41,346 nt of DNA from Streptosporangiaceae bacterium (GTDB lineage Bacteria > Actinomycetota > Actinomycetes > Streptosporangiales > Streptosporangiaceae). The notes beneath the pieces were generated by a model. That model saw only the letters and a program-made list of their open reading frames with translations, was not told the DNA's origin and made no database searches. How positions within the stretch are numbered: the first letter of the stretch is position 1; each line of letters begins with the position of its first letter. A program made the position numbers and the translations under genes. This document shows, in pieces, positions 38,034 to 41,346 of this stretch. Location: NCBI GenBank assembly GCA_035945415.1, contig DASZAD010000100.1, positions 1 through 41,346 on the forward strand. Direction: 5' to 3'.

Positions 38034-39026
38034 TTACCGCTCGGTGACCCCTCCGCCCAGGCGCTCCACCAGAGCCGGTGACAGATAAAGTGATTCGACA
38101 GTCACCTTATTGAGACCCTGGAGAGTCGCCTGTGACGAACGCCCGGCGATAACGTGCACGTGAGTCAATCCCAGGTCAGCAGACACGGCGTTGCCGTAAG
38201 ACTTCGCTTCGGTAACTGCATCGTAGGACAACATGAAAGACACATCAGCCCGAACCGCATCTCGAAGATGCCCCTCAAACTCTCGCTTCCCCAGCCCGCG
38301 CATGTATCGATGGTCAGGTACATTAGAAACGCCCTGATAGGGTGGGTCCAGGTACACAACCGAGCTCTTGTCAGCCGGGATGAGTAGTTCCGAATAGTCA
38401 CATGACAGCACCGTCGTTCGCGTCAATACCTGAGATGTGCTCCGGATCCGCCGCCGCATCGCCGATGGCCTGGCGCCCAGCCGCCGGTTATCTGGGCTCT
38501 GATTAAAGTCCCCGTTCTTACCATAACGCACCGCCGCCTTCACGCACCGCGCGAGCAGGTACAGAAGCAAGTGCGGCTCTCTGGAGGAATTGAATTTCGT
38601 TCGCACGTCATCGTAGAAGGTCCGCGGATCCCCTTGCTGTCCACGCCAGAGGGCCTCGTAATCATCCGCGAGCGTATCGGGATCTGAAAGAATCCGGCCC
38701 CACAGTGCCATCAACGGCTCGTTGATGTCGCTGATCACCGCACCCTTGGCTGCTTGGCTGTAGCGAGCCGCTATAGTAATGGCCGCCGATCCGGCGAATG
38801 GTTCAATAATAGTGCTGGTATCCACTGGCAGCAGCGGAACGATGGCGTGAGCGAGTGCCCGTTTACTTCCCTGGTAAGGTATCGCGTGCGGCACACCGGC
38901 CAAGGCGGAAAGCTTTGAGGGCCTGATTAGAGCTTTGCTCACGCCTCCAAGTATGACCGGCGGCCGTTTGCGCCGGGCGCCGGCCAGGTCCGGGTAGCGG
39001 CACATGACGATGCCGGGCACGCTCAC
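38034..39026 (-). CDS. Dam-type (D12 class) N6-adenine DNA methyltransferase
   Basis: SAM motif I EPFAGSAA lies upstream of catalytic motif IV DPPY (alpha-group order). N-terminal PYQGSKR. The gene is visibly less GC-rich than the core genes. The start is uncertain (GTG 39026 or ATG 39005). Confidence 0.8.
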   Translation of the reverse strand: MSVPGIVMCRYPDLAGARRKRPPVILGGVSKALIRPSKLSALAGVPHAIPYQGSKRALAHAIVPLLPVDTSTIIEPFAGSAAITIAARYSQAAKGAVISDINEPLMALWGRILSDPDTLADDYEALWRGQQGDPRTFYDDVRTKFNSSREPHLLLYLLARCVKAAVRYGKNGDFNQSPDNRRLGARPSAMRRRIRSTSQVLTRTTVLSCDYSELLIPADKSSVVYLDPPYQGVSNVPDHRYMRGLGKREFEGHLRDAVRADVSFMLSYDAVTEAKSYGNAVSADLGLTHVHVIAGRSSQATLQGLNKVTVESLYLSPALVERLGGGVTER

Positions 39027-39062
39027 TTGCTCAGCGGCTGCGCACCTGCCAGAAATACAGGT

Positions 39063-39569
39063 ATGCCAGTCCCCGGCCCCGGACCCGCACCCGGCACGAA
39101 TGAGCCCGGGAACACCTCGCTTCCGCTACGACTCGCCGCCCGGGTGGTCCTCCTGGATCCGGGCAGCCGTGTCCTGCTGATGCGGTACGACGACGGCCCG
39201 CCGAACGGAAGGCACTGGGCGACTCCGGGCGGGGGCCTGAAGCCGGGCGAGGAGTACCCGGCGGCCGCGCTGCGCGAACTGGCCGAGGAGACCGGCTGGA
39301 CCGACATCACCCTGCTCGGCGAAATCCACCGCTGCACTCTCACGATGGCGGCCGGCGGCCGGCTGGTCCGGCAGAGAGAGCGTCTCTACCTGGCCCGGAC
39401 CGGCCAGCCCTGCCGGGAGATCCGGGGCGTTGAGGCGATGCACGCCGCCGACGGCATCGCCGGGTGGCGATGGTGGACCCTGTCCGACCTCGACACGACT
39501 ACCGAGGTGATCTGGCCGCGGGAGCTGGCCACGTTGATCAGGAACACGCTTGGGCCAGCGGGAGCCTAG
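39063..39569 (+). CDS. NUDIX hydrolase
   Basis: Nudix box GGGLKPGEEYPAAALRELAEETG. Placing the start at ATG 39063 gives 168 aa. Confidence 0.85.
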   Translation: MPVPGPGPAPGTNEPGNTSLPLRLAARVVLLDPGSRVLLMRYDDGPPNGRHWATPGGGLKPGEEYPAAALRELAEETGWTDITLLGEIHRCTLTMAAGGRLVRQRERLYLARTGQPCREIRGVEAMHAADGIAGWRWWTLSDLDTTTEVIWPRELATLIRNTLGPAGA

Positions 39570-39796
39570 GCCGCCAGCGGGAACATGGAGGCTGCCGGGT
39601 GATCAGGCGGGCCCAGCCTGCGGGCGGCGTAGCGATAGATAGCCGCAGCGTGCCGGTCGAACAGCACAGCGAAACAGCCGGGCTCGCTCACCGACCGCCC
39701 GATCAGCAGGGCATCATCCTCGCCATCCTGATCATCCGCGTCGTCCTGCCCGGCCCGCGCCTCGCGCTCGGTCGCCGATCCTGGCGCGTCGCTCAT
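39566..39796 (-). pseudogene. 5' fragment of an ECF sigma-70 family gene (only the start of region 2 is present)
   Basis: MSDAP...ALLIGRSVSEPGCFAVLFDRHAAAIYRYAARRLGP matches the usual ECF N-terminus. It then stops after 76 aa where its frame runs into the convergent NUDIX gene. GGGAGG lies 6 nt before ATG 39796. No regions 2.4 to 4 follow. Confidence 0.5.
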
Positions 39797-39943
39797 CTTT
39801 CGCCTCCCGGCAGGACTCTTCACTCCCTGTTGCCCGATGAGCCGCACATGTGTCCCTCCCCGCCGTCACCCCCGGCGTGCTGCCCGTGATCCAATTGAAG
39901 CTACTTTTGAGTAGATCACTGCGTCTGAGCCCGGAGGGATGCC

Positions 39944-40396
39944 ATGGGCGCCTACCAGTCCATCGTGGTCGGCACGGACGGATCGGATTCCTCGTTCCGC
40001 GCGGTGGAGCGCGCCGCCGATGTGGCGGCCGAGTCTATGGCCAAGCTCGTCATCGTGTGCGCGTACATGCCGGCCACCCGGCGGGAGGTGGCCGAGGCCC
40101 AGGACGTACTCGGCGAGGAGGCCTATCAGGTAGTCGGGTCGGCCCCGGCCGAAGAAACCCTGCGGACCGCGGCCGAGCGGGCCGCTGCTCGCGGCGCGGG
40201 CGACGTGCAGCGGATGCCTATCGAGGGCGAGCCGGTCAAGTCGCTGATCAGCGCGCTCGAAGAGCAGCGGGCCGACCTGCTGGTCGTGGGCAACCGCGGG
40301 CTGAACACGCTGGCTGGACGGTTGCTCGGCTCGGTCCCGGCCGACGTCTCCCGCAAGGCGCGCTGCGACGTGCTGATCGTTCACACCGTCGGCTAG
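39944..40396 (+). CDS. universal stress protein (UspA family)
   Basis: 150 aa. IVVGTDGSDSS N-terminus and C-terminal GNRGLNTLAGRLLGSVPADVSRKARCDVLIV (ATP-binding G-2x-G-9x-G(S/T) type). Confidence 0.88.
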   Translation: MGAYQSIVVGTDGSDSSFRAVERAADVAAESMAKLVIVCAYMPATRREVAEAQDVLGEEAYQVVGSAPAEETLRTAAERAAARGAGDVQRMPIEGEPVKSLISALEEQRADLLVVGNRGLNTLAGRLLGSVPADVSRKARCDVLIVHTVG

Positions 40397-40572
40397 GACC
40401 GTCGGAACCAGCCGCGGGTTCCCGGGCGGGCCGGGCCTGTGGGCTGGGCCTTCGGCTGGACATGGCGCTGGCTGTTCGCCCGGGCGCCCTTAGCCCCGCA
40501 ATGAGCGCGTACTTACCGTCGGGTAAGGTCGAAGCACGGGAATAGGACCAAGCCGCTTCCCTGAGGACGTCG

Positions 40573-41346
40573 ATGAGCGTGCAGGACGCCGGCCGCGCGG
40601 AAACGTACGAGCCCTATCCGCGAGAGGGGCAGCAGCGCGGCGCGGCGCGGGTGCCGGTACAGGCGTCCGCGGACGGCATCGAGGAGATGTTGCTGGGCGG
40701 CCCGCGCCGCTACACCCGGCTTGAGGTCGCCGAGCGGGCCGGAGTCCCCCCGGAGCGCTCACGCGGGATCTGGCTGGCGCTGGGCTTCGCCGACGTGGCC
40801 GACGATGCCCGGGTGTTCACCGACGGGGACATCGAGGCGGCCCGCACCTGGACCGTGCTCGTGGATGGCGCCGGGATCCCGTCCGACAAGGAGTTGTCCC
40901 ATGTACGCGCCATCGGACAGACCTTCTCGCGGCTGGCCGACTGGCAGGTACGCGAGATCATGGCTCGGGTCAGCGAGCTGACCGAAGACGAGGCCGACGA
41001 CCAGGAACGGGCGGTCCGGGCAGCTGAGCTGACCGAGGTGCTGTTGCCGGTGGTGGAGACCCTGCAGTCCTACGCCTGGCGCCGGCACCTGGCGGCGGCG
41101 GCCGGCCGGTACCTGTCAGTACCGTCCGGCGAGCAGTCCGTGACCACCCTGATCGTCGGGTTCGCCGACATCGTCGGGTACACCAGCACGGTACGGCACA
41201 CGGACATCAACGAGCTGTCGGCCCTGCTGGAGGGGTTCGAGGAGAATGCCTCGGAGACGATCGTGCGCCACCACGGCCAGGTGGTGAAGACCGTGGGTGA
41301 TGAGGTCATGTTCATCGCGGACACCCCGCGGGACGCGGCCGAGATC
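40573..41346 (+). CDS. class III adenylate/guanylate cyclase domain protein (3' end lies outside the window)
   Basis: Not in the track because it runs off the window edge. My manual translation from ATG 40573 gives 258 codons, ending ...LIVGFADIVGYTSTVRH...VKTVGDEVMFIADTP. This is the cyclase catalytic-domain signature after a helical N-terminal region. Confidence 0.75.
   Translation, partial: MSVQDAGRAETYEPYPREGQQRGAARVPVQASADGIEEMLLGGPRRYTRLEVAERAGVPPERSRGIWLALGFADVADDARVFTDGDIEAARTWTVLVDGAGIPSDKELSHVRAIGQTFSRLADWQVREIMARVSELTEDEADDQERAVRAAELTEVLLPVVETLQSYAWRRHLAAAAGRYLSVPSGEQSVTTLIVGFADIVGYTSTVRHTDINELSALLEGFEENASETIVRHHGQVVKTVGDEVMFIADTPRDAAEI

Overview
High-GC actinobacterial (Actinomycetota) chromosome around the replication origin. 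All product calls come from motifs I recognised by eye in the supplied translations; no search was run. Gene order is the canonical origin synteny. On the + strand: a partial anti-sigma-like gene, trxB and trxA. Then GNAT (-) and, on the + strand, aminotransferase, ddl-like and threonine-aldolase-like genes. On the - strand: parB, parA, rsmG, jag, yidC, yidD, rnpA and rpmH. On the + strand: dnaA, oriC, dnaN, recF, DUF721, gyrB, gyrA, DUF3566 and tRNA-Ile. From about 25.8 to 32.9 kb lie small housekeeping and stress genes: mntP-like, two VOC proteins, DUF1707, ABC-F, DLW-39 and HAD-like. tRNA-Ala follows at 32935-33007. After it comes a compositionally patchy stretch (33.1-39.8 kb) with a secreted Kelch propeller, a SLATT/DUF4231-like 2TM protein, a receptor-type Ser/Thr kinase, an XRE regulator, an orphan Dam-type methylase, a NUDIX hydrolase and a truncated ECF sigma gene. 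A USP gene and a partial class III cyclase close the window. Directly visible regulatory DNA includes two perfect 14-bp parS palindromes, DnaA-box clusters upstream of dnaA and in the dnaA-dnaN spacer, and a GGAAT-N18-GTT SigR/SigH-type promoter before trxB. Main findings: (1) a repeated element family in three places, one copy a complete 248-bp TA-flanked inverted-repeat (MITE-like, or structured-RNA) element sitting in the stop codon of the DLW-39 gene; (2) a roughly 1-kb low-complexity stretch with tandem repeats and an embedded parS between rsmG and the ParA core; (3) the co-directional kinase plus SLATT-like pair and the regulator plus orphan-methylase pair beyond tRNA-Ala; (4) an aminotransferase translationally coupled to a Ddl-like ligase. 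No CRISPR array, rRNA, integrase or transposase gene was seen. Many long ORFs in the track are antisense or out-of-frame artefacts of the high GC content.
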